From contig CBDBOV010000003.1 of assembly GCA_965208575.1 (NCBI GenBank), positions 576,001 through 640,000 of the forward strand: 64,000 bases of DNA, read 5' to 3'. The DNA comes from Spirochaetia bacterium. GTDB taxonomy: Bacteria; Spirochaetota; Spirochaetia; SZUA-6; Bin103. The notes beneath the pieces are model-generated. The model was not told the DNA's origin, made no database searches, and saw only the letters and a program-made list of their open reading frames with translations. Positions 40,329 to 50,022 of this stretch are shown one piece after another (position 1 is the first letter of the stretch; every line of letters begins with the position of its first letter). A program made the translations under genes and the position numbers.

Positions 40329-41362
40329 GCTATCAACGCGAATTCGAGCGCCGCCTCAACGTCGGCGTGGTGGGCGTGGGTTCCCACTCCTACCGCAACC
40401 TGCTGCCTGCCATGCACTTCCTGCCGGTCCGGCTGGCCGCGTTCTGCGACCGCAACCTGGAGCTGGCAGAGCGCACCGCGGCCGAGTACGGCGTGGCGTC
40501 CTGCTACGCCGATGCCGCCGAGATGTACCGCAACGAGGATCTGGACGCCGTGTTCATCTGCGTCTCGCCGCGCCTCCACTCGGAGCTCGCCTGCGAGGCA
40601 CTCGATGCCGGCCTGCACGTGTGGATGGAGAAACCGCCGTCAATCAATCCGGCACAGGTGGAGACGATGATCGAGCACCGCGGCGACCGCGTCGCAGTGG
40701 TGGGGTTCAAGAAAGCGTTCCTGCCTGCCACCCGCAAGGTGATCGAGATCATGGCGCGCGACGATGCCGGACCCCTGCAGGGGATGACCGCCGAATACCG
40801 GCTGCAGTTTCCCGAACGCGGTGCGGAGGTACTCACCGATCCGGGGCAGCGCAATTCCTTCGGCGACGCGGTCCACCCGATGGCGATGATGCTTGCGGTA
40901 GGCGGGAAAGTCGCGGCGGTGACGGCGCACCCCACCCCGGCCCGGGTGGGCGTCTGCGTGCTGGAGTTCGCCAGCGGGGCGGTGGGCACCTTCAGCCTGG
41001 TGTCGGCGCGCACCATGCCGCTGGAGCGCTACGCGTTCTGGGGCAACTGGCACGTCAGCGTCGACAACGGCAGCCGCATCACGGTGCGGCGCGGCATTCC
41101 GTTCGCCTACGGGCGCACCACCAGCTTCGTCCCCGAGGGCATCGATTCCGGCGCGGTGGTGTGGGAGCCGCAGAACACCCTGGCCACGCTGGAGAACAAG
41201 TCGCTGTTCATCCAGGGCTTCTACAACGAGATGCGCTACTTCTGCGACTGCGTGCTGGAAGGCCGCCCGGCGCAGCAGGGTTCGCTCGAGTTCGCGCTCT
41301 CCCTGATGCGCACCTACGAGGCAGCGCTGCACTCCGAGGGCCGCCGCATCGAACTCGCCTGA
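40325..41362 (+). CDS. Gfo/Idh/MocA oxidoreductase
   Basis: VGVVGVG, LDAVFIC..P..H and HVWMEKP motifs. Confidence 0.88.
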   Translation: MSYQREFERRLNVGVVGVGSHSYRNLLPAMHFLPVRLAAFCDRNLELAERTAAEYGVASCYADAAEMYRNEDLDAVFICVSPRLHSELACEALDAGLHVWMEKPPSINPAQVETMIEHRGDRVAVVGFKKAFLPATRKVIEIMARDDAGPLQGMTAEYRLQFPERGAEVLTDPGQRNSFGDAVHPMAMMLAVGGKVAAVTAHPTPARVGVCVLEFASGAVGTFSLVSARTMPLERYAFWGNWHVSVDNGSRITVRRGIPFAYGRTTSFVPEGIDSGAVVWEPQNTLATLENKSLFIQGFYNEMRYFCDCVLEGRPAQQGSLEFALSLMRTYEAALHSEGRRIELA

Positions 41363-41415
41363 CCGAGCCCGTGCACTCCCCGCCGGGACGGATCGTCTTG
41401 TACCGGATCGGGTAG

Positions 41416-41835
41416 TCAGTTTTCGAGCAGTTGCTTGAGGGCGGCGAGCTGGCCGCTGTCGGCCTTGCGGATCGCCATCCGGATCAGGGGCGCCAGGAAC
41501 CGCCACGGCCCCTGCATCCGGCACTCGGCGGTCAGGGTGACCCGCGTGCTGTCGGCGCCGGATGCTTCGACGGCATACTCGTAGTCGGCGGTCACGCCAG
41601 CGTGCTCGGAGCGCAGCACGAACGACCGGCCCGGCTGCCACGAGGCGATCGTGGAGGTGCGGTCCTGGCCGCGGGCGCGGAAGGTGATGCGCGTCCCCAC
41701 GGCGGCCGCTCCCTCCGCCTGCAGCGAGTCGACGCCGGCCATCCAGCGGTGGGCGTTGCCCCAGTCGGTCAGGGCCTGCCACACCTCGCCCGCGGGTCTG
41801 GTTATGGTCGCCTCCACGGCGAACACTCTCGGCAT
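41416..41835 (-). CDS. SRPBCC (polyketide cyclase-like) family protein
   Basis: I.RP..EVW..LTD....RW pattern; C-terminal helix LAALKQLLE. Confidence 0.8.
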   Translation of the reverse strand: MPRVFAVEATITRPAGEVWQALTDWGNAHRWMAGVDSLQAEGAAAVGTRITFRARGQDRTSTIASWQPGRSFVLRSEHAGVTADYEYAVEASGADSTRVTLTAECRMQGPWRFLAPLIRMAIRKADSGQLAALKQLLEN

Positions 41836-41867
41836 CGCAATTCCCCCTGAATCGTCGTTGCGGCGGA

Positions 41868-41917
41868 AACCGCGCCCGCCGGTGGTCGGCGACCGTGGCG
41901 TGCGCGGCGCACAGCAT
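41868..41917 (-). pseudogene. Possible decayed copy of the SRPBCC 5' end
   Basis: LCAAHATVA..PAGAV versus VFAVEATITRPAGEV; ccggcgggcgcggtt versus cccgcgggcgaggtg. Confidence 0.5.
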
Positions 41918-41964
41918 ACACCACTTGGTCCCGGTCGCGGCCGAGTACAAGCGGATCTTCCCGC

Positions 41965-42019
41965 TTGACCCGAACTGTTGACGTGATTACCCTAAGTTTG
42001 GATTTTGAGTAATCAAAAT
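41965..42019 (+). promoter_or_regulatory. Sigma70-like promoter with palindromic DtxR/TroR-type operator
   Basis: TTGACC (41965), 17-nt spacer, TACCCT (41988). Dyad ATTTTGA-gtaa-TCAAAAT at 42002-42019, just upstream of troA. Confidence 0.65.
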
Positions 42020-42032
42020 TGGGATTTGTTGA

Positions 42033-43094
42033 ATGCAAAGAACGAACTGTGGTCGGTCCGGGATGCGCGCACTGGCGTTGCTGGGGTATGCCCTCGCGGC
42101 GGCGATGCTGGTTGCCTGTGACGCCGCCGAAGGCGGCAGCCGGACCGGAAAAGGAGGGCAGGCCGCCGGCGGCGTGGGCGGCGCGAGCGCGCGCGACCAT
42201 CCGTACCGGATCACCGCCACCATCGGCATGGTGGCAGACATCGTGCGGCAGGTAGCCGGTGACCGTGGCGAGGTGACCGCGATCATCGGGGAGGGGGTCG
42301 ACCCGCACCTGTACGTGCCCACGCGCAGCGACGTGGCGGCCTTGATGGAGTCGGACATCGTGTTCTACTCGGGGCTGCTGCTGGAAGGGAAGATGACCGA
42401 CACGCTGATCAAGGTGGCGCGCGGCGGGCGCCCGGTGCACGCGGTCACCGAGCTGGTGGACGAGTCGCTGCTGCTGGCCCCGGAGGAGTTCGCCGGGCAC
42501 TTCGATCCGCACCTGTGGATGGACGTGTCCGGCTGGATGCAGGCGGTGGACGCCGTGACCGGTGCGCTGGCCGAGTTCGATCCCGCCGGGCAGGAGGGCT
42601 ACCGGCAGCGCGCAGCCGACTACCGCGCCACGCTGTCCGATCTGCACGACTACGCACTGCGCGCCGTCGGCACGGTTCCCGAGCGCCAACGCATTCTGGT
42701 CACCGCCCACGATGCGTTCAACTACTTCGGGCGCGCCTACGGCCTGGACGTGGAGGGCATCCAGGGCATGTCCACCGAGTCGGAGGCGGGCCTGGACCGC
42801 ATCAACCGGCTGGTCGACCTGCTGGTGACGCGGCAGGTCGGGGCGGTGTTCGTGGAAACCACCATCGCCGACCGCAACGTGCGCGCCCTGATCGAAGGCG
42901 CCGCGGCGCGCGGTCACGAGGTGCAGGTGGGCGGCGAGCTGTTCTCCGATGCCATGGGTCAGCCGGGCACCTACGAGGGCACCTACGTGGGCATGCTGGA
43001 CCACAACATCACCACCGTGGCGCGCGCCCTCGGCGGCGACGCCCCGGAGCGCGGCTTCCAGGGCAAGCTGTCGCACGCGGCGGCGGCGCCGTGA
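42033..43094 (+). CDS. troA: Mn/Zn/Fe ABC substrate-binding lipoprotein (TroA-like)
   Basis: LVAC lipobox; GVDPHLY, DPHLWMD, TAHDAFNYFG and LFSDAMG motifs. Confidence 0.9.
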   Translation: MQRTNCGRSGMRALALLGYALAAAMLVACDAAEGGSRTGKGGQAAGGVGGASARDHPYRITATIGMVADIVRQVAGDRGEVTAIIGEGVDPHLYVPTRSDVAALMESDIVFYSGLLLEGKMTDTLIKVARGGRPVHAVTELVDESLLLAPEEFAGHFDPHLWMDVSGWMQAVDAVTGALAEFDPAGQEGYRQRAADYRATLSDLHDYALRAVGTVPERQRILVTAHDAFNYFGRAYGLDVEGIQGMSTESEAGLDRINRLVDLLVTRQVGAVFVETTIADRNVRALIEGAAARGHEVQVGGELFSDAMGQPGTYEGTYVGMLDHNITTVARALGGDAPERGFQGKLSHAAAAP

Positions 43095-44251
43095 GCGGGC
43101 CGGAGAGACAGGCCCGTCCACCACGTGCGGCGGGCGATGAGCGGCTACGGCGGGTACGCGCTCACGGTTCGCTGTTGGTTGCGTCGCGGGCGCGGTCGCT
43201 TCGCTGCGCCAAGGGCGATGCAGTCGCAGGCACGGGCACCGCAACCGGGTCGCGACTCACGGACCAGGCTCCGGCAGCACCGCCGGCACGAGACCGCGGC
43301 GGTGTGCCGGCTGCCGGATCGCTTGCGGTGCGCGGCGATCCGGGCCGGCCCGCCGCCAAGCCGGCACGACGTGGCGATGGCAGACCACGGCGCGGCGGCC
43401 CCGGCGCGCAGCGTGGCGGCGACCACCCGAAGGCGGCGACCGCTTCCCATCCGGTCGCGGCGCCGTCCGAGGCGGCGCGCAGCCCGCTGGTGGTGCGCGA
43501 CCTGACCATCGCCTACCGGCGCCGGCCGGTGTTGTGGGACGTGGACCTGGCCGCCACCGACGGGGTGATTACCGGCATCGTCGGGCCCAACGGCGCCGGC
43601 AAGAGCACGCTGCTCAAGGGCGTGCTCGACCTGGTACCGCACGTGTCCGGCTCGGTGAGCATCTACGGCAAGCCCTACCGGCAGCAGCGGCGGCTGGTGG
43701 CCTACGTCCCGCAGCGTGAGAGCGTGGACTGGGACTACCCGGTCAGCGCGCTCGACCTGGTGGCGATGGGGCTGTACCGGTCGCTCGGCTGGCTGCGCCC
43801 GGTGCGCCGCGCCACCCGCGAGGCGGCGCGCGCCGCCATGGACCTGGTCGGCATGGCCGACTATGCCGGGCGGCAAATCTCGGAGCTTTCCGGTGGCCAG
43901 CAGCAACGCCTTTTCCTGGCGCGGGCGCTTGCTCAGGATGCGCGGATCTACTTCATGGACGAGCCGTTTGCCGGCGTGGACGCCGCTACCGAGCGCGCCA
44001 TCGTGGAATTGCTGCAGCGGCTGCGCCGCGAGGGCAAGAGCGTGTTCGTGGTGCACCACGACCTGCAGACCGTGAGCAGCTACTTCGACGACCTGCTGAT
44101 GCTCAACCTGCGCGTGGTGGCGCACGGACCGGTGGCGGCGGTGTTCACCAACGACAACCTGCACAAGACCTACGGCGGCCGGCTGACGCTGCTCGATCGG
44201 GCGGTGGACGCGCTCGGGCGCGGTCCGGCCGGGCGCGGGCACGGCGGATGA
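43091..44251 (+). CDS. troB: Metal ABC ATPase (TroB-like) with ~130-aa low-complexity N-terminal extension
   Basis: GPNGAGKST, YVPQRESVDW, LSGGQQQR and VHHDL motifs; GTGA overlap with troA. Confidence 0.85.
   Translation: MSGPERQARPPRAAGDERLRRVRAHGSLLVASRARSLRCAKGDAVAGTGTATGSRLTDQAPAAPPARDRGGVPAAGSLAVRGDPGRPAAKPARRGDGRPRRGGPGAQRGGDHPKAATASHPVAAPSEAARSPLVVRDLTIAYRRRPVLWDVDLAATDGVITGIVGPNGAGKSTLLKGVLDLVPHVSGSVSIYGKPYRQQRRLVAYVPQRESVDWDYPVSALDLVAMGLYRSLGWLRPVRRATREAARAAMDLVGMADYAGRQISELSGGQQQRLFLARALAQDARIYFMDEPFAGVDAATERAIVELLQRLRREGKSVFVVHHDLQTVSSYFDDLLMLNLRVVAHGPVAAVFTNDNLHKTYGGRLTLLDRAVDALGRGPAGRGHGG
43334..43466 (+). pseudogene. Decayed copy of the troA 3' end embedded in the troB extension
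   Basis: MADHGAAAPARS-GGDHPK versus TroA MLDHNITTVARALGGDAPE; both end gcggcgccgt. Confidence 0.65.
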
Positions 44252-45672
44252 CCTACCTGCCCTCTTGGGAGCAGGTGCTGCGCGTGCTGCTCCTGAGCGA
44301 CTTCAACACCCGCGTGGTGGTGGTCGGCGTCGCCCTCCTGGGGATGGCGGCCGGCATCGTCGGCACCTTCACGCTGCTGCGCAAGCGCGCCCTGGTGTCG
44401 GACGCGGTCAGCCACGCCACGCTGCCGGGCGTCGCCGCGGCGTGGCTGGTGATGGTCGCGCTCGGCGGCACCGGCAAGTGGTTTCCCGGCCTGCTGCTCG
44501 GCGCGGCGGCCGGCGGCCTGATAGCCGTCGGCGCGGTGCTGACCCTGCGCGGCGTGCTGCGCCTGCACGAGGACGCGGCCCTGGGAGTGGTGCTGTCGGT
44601 TTCGTTCGGCATCGGCATTGCGCTGCTCGGGCTGATCCAGCAGATCCGCCGCGGTTCCGCTGCCGGCCTGGACTCCTTCATCTACGGCAAGACCGCCTCG
44701 ATGCTGTCCGCCGACGCACTGCTGATCGCCGTCACCTCGCTGATCCTGGTGGCCGTCGCGGTGCTGCTGTTCAAGGAGTTGAACCTGCTCTGCTTCGATG
44801 CGCCGTATGCCGCGACGCAGGGCTTTCCGGTGGCGCTCCTGGACGCACTGATGCTCACCCTGGTGGTCGCGGTTACGGTGATCGGACTGCAGGCCGTGGG
44901 GCTGATCCTGATCGTGGCACTGCTGATCACCCCGGCCGCCGCGGCCCGTTTCTGGACCCACGACCTGCGCGCGATGACGGTGCTGGCCGCGCTGTTCGGC
45001 GCCGCGGGCGGGTTCATCGGCGCCGGACTGTCGGCCCTGGTGCCGCGCCTGCCGGCGGGGGCGGTGATCGTGGTGACCATCGCGGCCGGGTTCGTGATCA
45101 GCGTGCTGTTCGGAACCCGCCGCGGCCTGCTGCGCATGCTCGTCGAGCGGCATCGCGGCGACCGCCGCATCCGGAGCGAGCACCTGCTGCGCGCACTGTT
45201 CGAGCAGTTGGAGGCTCAGTTGGGGGCCATGCCGGGAGTGCGCGAGCTGGCCGCGACGCCGGTGCGCCGCGAGCGGCTTGCCCGCCGGCGCGGCTGGAGC
45301 CGGGCCGAGCTCGTGTCTGCGCTGCGCGGCGCCCGCCGCCAAGGCTGGCTGCGCCCGGAGAGCGCCGGGCGGCAGGACATGCGGCTGACCGCGGCCGGTG
45401 CGGAGCAGGCGTTGCAGGTGGTGCGCAACCACCGGCTTTGGGAGCTCTACCTGATCAGGTATGCCGACGTGGCCACCAGCCGCGTGGACCGCGGCGCCGA
45501 CCGCATCGAGCACGTGCTCGGTCCGGAACTGGTCGCGGAACTGGAGGAACAGCTCGACCGGCAGCGCGACCGCGCCGCCGTGGCCGCCAGCCCGCACGAG
45601 TTGCCCGGCACTGCGCTGCCGCATCCCGGGCTTTCTGCCGGCGCGCCGTTGCGGCTCACGGGCTCGCAATGA
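44248..45672 (+). CDS. troC: Metal ABC permease fused to DtxR-like domain (TroC-R)
   Basis: DAVSHATLPG permease motif; C-terminal LTAAG...VRNHRLWELYL...ADRIEH...SPH. Confidence 0.87.
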   Translation: MTYLPSWEQVLRVLLLSDFNTRVVVVGVALLGMAAGIVGTFTLLRKRALVSDAVSHATLPGVAAAWLVMVALGGTGKWFPGLLLGAAAGGLIAVGAVLTLRGVLRLHEDAALGVVLSVSFGIGIALLGLIQQIRRGSAAGLDSFIYGKTASMLSADALLIAVTSLILVAVAVLLFKELNLLCFDAPYAATQGFPVALLDALMLTLVVAVTVIGLQAVGLILIVALLITPAAAARFWTHDLRAMTVLAALFGAAGGFIGAGLSALVPRLPAGAVIVVTIAAGFVISVLFGTRRGLLRMLVERHRGDRRIRSEHLLRALFEQLEAQLGAMPGVRELAATPVRRERLARRRGWSRAELVSALRGARRQGWLRPESAGRQDMRLTAAGAEQALQVVRNHRLWELYLIRYADVATSRVDRGADRIEHVLGPELVAELEEQLDRQRDRAAVAASPHELPGTALPHPGLSAGAPLRLTGSQ

Positions 45673-47018
45673 CCTGGACCTCGCTCGACGCCGGCATCGT
45701 GGTGGTGGCGGCAGTCAGCGCCATGGCGTGCGCGCTGATCGGCAGCTTCCTGGTGCTGCGCCGCATGAGCATGATGGGCGATGCCATCAGCCACGCCGTG
45801 CTGCCGGGCATCGCCGCCGCCTTCCTGGTCACGTTGAGCCGCGACACCGCGGTCATCCTGGTGGGGGCGGCGCTCGCCGGCGTGCTCACCGCGGCGTTCA
45901 CGCAGCTTATCCACCAGGCCGGCAACGTCGACCGCGGCGCCGCGATGGGCGTGGTGTTCACCACCATGTTCGCGGTCGGCCTCATCCTGATCGTGCGCAG
46001 CGCCGACGCGGTGCACATCGACGTGCACACCGTGTTTTATGGCGCCGTGGAGCTGGCGCCGCTCAACGACGTGGCGGTCGCCGGCGTCCGCATTCCGCGC
46101 GCGCTGCTGATCCTCGGCCCGGTGTTCGCGGCGGACCTTGCGTTCGTGCTGTTGCTGTACAAGGAGCTCAACCTCACCTCGTTCGACGGCGAGTTCGCAC
46201 GCACCATCGGCTTCAACGCGCGGCTCGTTCACTACGCGTTGATGGTGATGGTGGCCGTGACCATCGTGGCCGCGTTCGAGAGCGTCGGCAGCATCCTGGT
46301 GATCGCCATGCTGATCGTGCCGGGCGTAGTCGCCGGGCTGTTCACCAGGCGCTTGTGGTCGCTGTTGCTGTTTGGCCAGGCGGTGGCGCTGGTGTGCGCC
46401 GTGGGCGGGCACCTGGGCGCCATTACCGTGCCGCGCTGGTTCGGGCTGTCCGACACCAGCACGGCCGGGATGATGACCGTGGTCGCCGGCATGGTGGTGG
46501 GGGTTGCACTGGTGGCTGCCCCGCAACGCGGACTGGCCGCGCGCGCGCTGCACCGCGTTCGGGTTGCTGTCGGGGTGGGCCGCGAGGACCTGCTGGTGGA
46601 ACTGTTGCGTGGCGAAGAGCGCGGCAGTCCCGGCGTCCGTGGTCGTGACCTGGTGCGCGAGGAGCCCTCGCGCATCGCCGGCCGCTCCACGCGCTTCGAC
46701 CGTACCGTGGCGTTGCTGGCCGAGCGCGTGGGCGGCCGGGTGCGGCGCAGCGGCGACGGCTACCGGCTCACCGCCGCCGGGCGCAAGCTGGCGACCGGAC
46801 TGCTGCGCAGCCACCGGCTGTGGGAGAGCTACCTGTTCGCCGAGGGCGCCACCGCGGTTGGCGAGGTGCACTTCGCCGCCCACCAGTTGGAGCACGTGAC
46901 CTCGGCCGGCATGCGCGCAGACCTGGCCCGCGGTGCCGGCGCCACCGATCCCCACGGGCGTCCGATTCCGGAGGCGCCGCCCGCCGACCCGGGCGACGGC
47001 CGACCGGCGGACCGCTGA
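45669..47018 (+). CDS. troD: Metal ABC permease fused to DtxR-like domain (TroD-R)
   Basis: DAISHAVLPG permease motif; C-terminal LTAAG...RSHRLWESYL...AHQLEH...DPHGRPIP. Confidence 0.87.
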   Translation: MTWTSLDAGIVVVAAVSAMACALIGSFLVLRRMSMMGDAISHAVLPGIAAAFLVTLSRDTAVILVGAALAGVLTAAFTQLIHQAGNVDRGAAMGVVFTTMFAVGLILIVRSADAVHIDVHTVFYGAVELAPLNDVAVAGVRIPRALLILGPVFAADLAFVLLLYKELNLTSFDGEFARTIGFNARLVHYALMVMVAVTIVAAFESVGSILVIAMLIVPGVVAGLFTRRLWSLLLFGQAVALVCAVGGHLGAITVPRWFGLSDTSTAGMMTVVAGMVVGVALVAAPQRGLAARALHRVRVAVGVGREDLLVELLRGEERGSPGVRGRDLVREEPSRIAGRSTRFDRTVALLAERVGGRVRRSGDGYRLTAAGRKLATGLLRSHRLWESYLFAEGATAVGEVHFAAHQLEHVTSAGMRADLARGAGATDPHGRPIPEAPPADPGDGRPADR

Positions 47019-47019
47019 C

Positions 47020-48294
47020 GTGACCACCGCCCCGGCGGCGGATTCCCGGAGTCCGCGGGACGCCGTGCGGGACGCGCAGGCCAGGTACCACGGGCTGGAC
47101 GGGTTGCGCGCCCTCGCCATGCTGCTCGGCATCGTGCTGCACGCCACCCTGCCATACTTCGCGCGGATCGCCGGCATCGAGTCGATGTGGCCGGCCGACG
47201 ACGACCAGTCGCTGGCGCTGCTGGTGCTGTTCGACTTCATCCACCTGTGGCGCATGCCGGTGTTCTTCCTGCTGGCCGGCTTCTTCGCGCACCGGGTGCT
47301 GGAGCGCCGCTCCACCGGGGCATTCATACGCGACCGGTTGCGGCGCATCGCCGTGCCGCTGGTCTTGTTCACGGGCGTGATGGCGCTGATCCTGCCGGTG
47401 TTGTGGAACTACGGCTGGAAGGGAGCGTTCGCGGTCGACCCAGGCGTGCTCGATCCGCGCAAGTGGCCGCACTATGCCGCCGAGGGCATGCCGTTGGCGC
47501 ACCTCTGGTTTCTGTGGCACCTGCTGCTCATGTATGCCGTGCTGCTCGTGCTGCGCCGTGTCGGTGCGACGCGGCTTGGTCTGGCTGTCCGTAACGTGCC
47601 ATCGGTTGCGTCTTTGCGGCGGCGCTCGGTTGCCGCCCTGTACGCGCGAGCGCCGTTGCTGCTGATGGCGGCGGCGGCGCTGCTGCTTGCCTGGCGCGGC
47701 GGCGACGAGTCGAAACCGATCTTTCCTCCCAATGTCCCCGACCTGCTGTACGGAGCGTTATTCTTCGTCTACGGCTACGGGCTGTGGGCCCGCCGCGCGC
47801 TGATCGATTATCTGCAGCACCCCGGGACCGTGGCCGTCCTGTGGGCGGCGGCCTGCTCGGTGTACGCCCTGCACCTGGTCCTGCTCGGTGTCCTGGAGGC
47901 GGCGGATGGCGCCGGTTCGAGCGGCGTGGCGGCGCGGCTGGCGCTGGTGGAGGTGCTGGCGCACGGGTCCGCGGTTGCGCTGCTGGCACTGGCGCTGATG
48001 GGCAGTTGCGAGGCACTGTTGAGCGTGCCGCGGGCGTGGGTGCGGTGGACGGCAGACGCGTCCTACTGGATCTACCTGATGCACCTGCCGGTGGTGGCAT
48101 GGCTCACCTTCTGGCTCGCCCACCTCGACCGGTCCGGACGCCTCACCGCGCTGACCGGGTTCGCCTGGGGCGCCGGACTGAAGTTCCTGGCCGCCAGCCT
48201 CGTCACCACAGCCGTAGGTCTGGCGACCTACCGCTACCTCGTCCGCTACACCCCGCTCGGCACGCTCCTCAACGGCCGGCGGATCCGAGGCTGA
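47020..48294 (+). CDS. Acyltransferase_3 family membrane protein (OpgC/MdoC-like)
   Basis: RYHGLDGLRA, H.WRMPVFFLLAGFF, HLWFLW and ASYWIYLMH motifs. Confidence 0.88.
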   Translation: MTTAPAADSRSPRDAVRDAQARYHGLDGLRALAMLLGIVLHATLPYFARIAGIESMWPADDDQSLALLVLFDFIHLWRMPVFFLLAGFFAHRVLERRSTGAFIRDRLRRIAVPLVLFTGVMALILPVLWNYGWKGAFAVDPGVLDPRKWPHYAAEGMPLAHLWFLWHLLLMYAVLLVLRRVGATRLGLAVRNVPSVASLRRRSVAALYARAPLLLMAAAALLLAWRGGDESKPIFPPNVPDLLYGALFFVYGYGLWARRALIDYLQHPGTVAVLWAAACSVYALHLVLLGVLEAADGAGSSGVAARLALVEVLAHGSAVALLALALMGSCEALLSVPRAWVRWTADASYWIYLMHLPVVAWLTFWLAHLDRSGRLTALTGFAWGAGLKFLAASLVTTAVGLATYRYLVRYTPLGTLLNGRRIRG

Positions 48295-48454
48295 AACGGC
48301 TTGACACCTTCTGCCGGTACCTGGGACTCGCTACCATCCCGCGCTCGACGCGCCGTCGTTTGCCGGACCGCACCCGCCATTACTTCCGGTTGCCCGCGGC
48401 ATGCCCGGTTGGTAAGGTCACTGCATGCCGGATCGGATCGACTATCGCCGCTGG

Positions 48455-49081
48455 AATGTCACCCGACTGGAGATGGAGGCGTGGCGTAACTTCAGTCGGC
48501 AGACGGAGATCAGGCTGCGCGGTCGCACCTTCTTCGTCGGTCCGAACGCCTCCGGCAAGTCCAATATCCTGGATGCGTTCCGTTTCTTGCGCGACGTTGC
48601 CGGGTCGGGACGACGAAGCGGTTTCGTCGCGTGGCGGTATGCGCGAGGTGCGGTCGCTGCATGCCAGGCAGTTTCCGGGCGTCCGAATCGCGGTCGACGT
48701 GGGACCTCGCGACGGCAGCGCCCGGTGGTCTTACGAGTTGCACTTCCGCAATCATCCGAATCGGCACCGTCCCGCACCACCTGCGGCACGAGGTGCAGAT
48801 GGTGCGATCTCGACCACGATGAGTGTGCTCCGGCTCGCGCACGGGACTTTCTCGCCGCCCCGGCGTCCGGCATGTGCTTTCGCATCGCGGAGCGGGCCGT
48901 GGAAGCTTGGTTGCTCGCAGATCGCGCAAGCATTGCGCGCTTCCTGTCGGTATCCGGCGATCTGGTCAGTCCCGCTCCCGAGCGGTTGCCGGCGCCGAAG
49001 TCCCACCTCGTTTCGCTCGCGAGCGGCCGAGAGGGCGCCGAGCCTGCAACGGGCAATGACGCACGTTCGGAACTTGTCTGA
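48455..49081 (+). pseudogene. Condensed remnant of an SMC/AAA_21-type ATPase and a DUF4276-like (TOPRIM-type) partner
   Basis: TRLEMEAWRNF...VGPNASGKSNILDAFRFLRD joined to DLDHDECAP...FRIAERAVEAWLLADR; the middle of both genes is missing. Confidence 0.65.
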
Positions 49082-49221
49082 TTGTGGTCGCTGGTAGCAG
49101 GAAACCAGACCCTTAGAAAATTCAAGGCGGATGTTGATTTTATTGAGGGGAGGGCTGACACTTCGGCTGTGGGTTTGATGCGGGAGGCGTCGAAGGGCCA
49201 AGTGCAATCAACGGTGGGCAT

Positions 49222-50022
49222 ATGCGGGTTCTGAGCGGTGTAGCCCATGGCCTGGTTGCTCCGGACCGGGCGTTTGCATTTCGGGTGGCTTCCGGGGTCT
49301 CGCTGTTGGCATTGCTGGCCCTGGAGCTGGCTTCCGTGGTCGCCGGTGAAACGATGATCCTGTGGCGGACGAGCGGACCTGAGTTGCGGCGGATTGCCCT
49401 GGTGGAGTCGCTCCACGTTGCCGAGCAGCGCAGCACCTCGTTCGCCGAGCCTGAGGAGGTCGACCGGCGGCGGGCGGCGGCCTACCGCCGGCTCACCGCA
49501 CCCACCGGCGCCGTTGCCAAGACCGTTGCCGTCCTGCTCTCCGGCCTCGTGCTGCCGGCCGCTGTTGTCCTCACCTGGTTGGCGCTGCTCGTGCTGGCGC
49601 AATTCCTTGGCGGCGAGGAGCCACGCAGCCCGGGCCGCCCGCGTGCCTCGATCCGACTGGTCGCGGTGGCGTTCGCCCCGCTGGCGCTGCGCCGCCTGCT
49701 GTCCGGTGCCGTAACCCTGGCGGCGGTCGATCCGACCCGGGCCGCCGCCGGCGCCACCACCGTCGCCGCCTACCGCGAGCGCGCAACGGTGCGCTTCGAC
49801 CTGGCGGCGCTGGCCGACGCGGCTCCCGCCGGCGTCGTCGAGCGCGCCGCCGTGTTGCTCACCGACCCGTTCGGCCTGTGGGCGCTGGCCGTGCTCGCCT
49901 CCGGCGCCGCGGCACTGCTGCGCCTGCCGACTCTGCGCGCCCTGGTGCTGACCGCGGTAATCGCCGCGCTGTGGACGCTGTTCGACACCGTGGCGGGCGG
50001 CCGCTGGGCGCTGCTGGCATGA
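49222..50022 (+). CDS. Yip1/YknW-like membrane protein
   Basis: Multi-TM protein with DPFGLW motif; first gene of the exporter operon. Confidence 0.6.
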   Translation: MRVLSGVAHGLVAPDRAFAFRVASGVSLLALLALELASVVAGETMILWRTSGPELRRIALVESLHVAEQRSTSFAEPEEVDRRRAAAYRRLTAPTGAVAKTVAVLLSGLVLPAAVVLTWLALLVLAQFLGGEEPRSPGRPRASIRLVAVAFAPLALRRLLSGAVTLAAVDPTRAAAGATTVAAYRERATVRFDLAALADAAPAGVVERAAVLLTDPFGLWALAVLASGAAALLRLPTLRALVLTAVIAALWTLFDTVAGGRWALLA

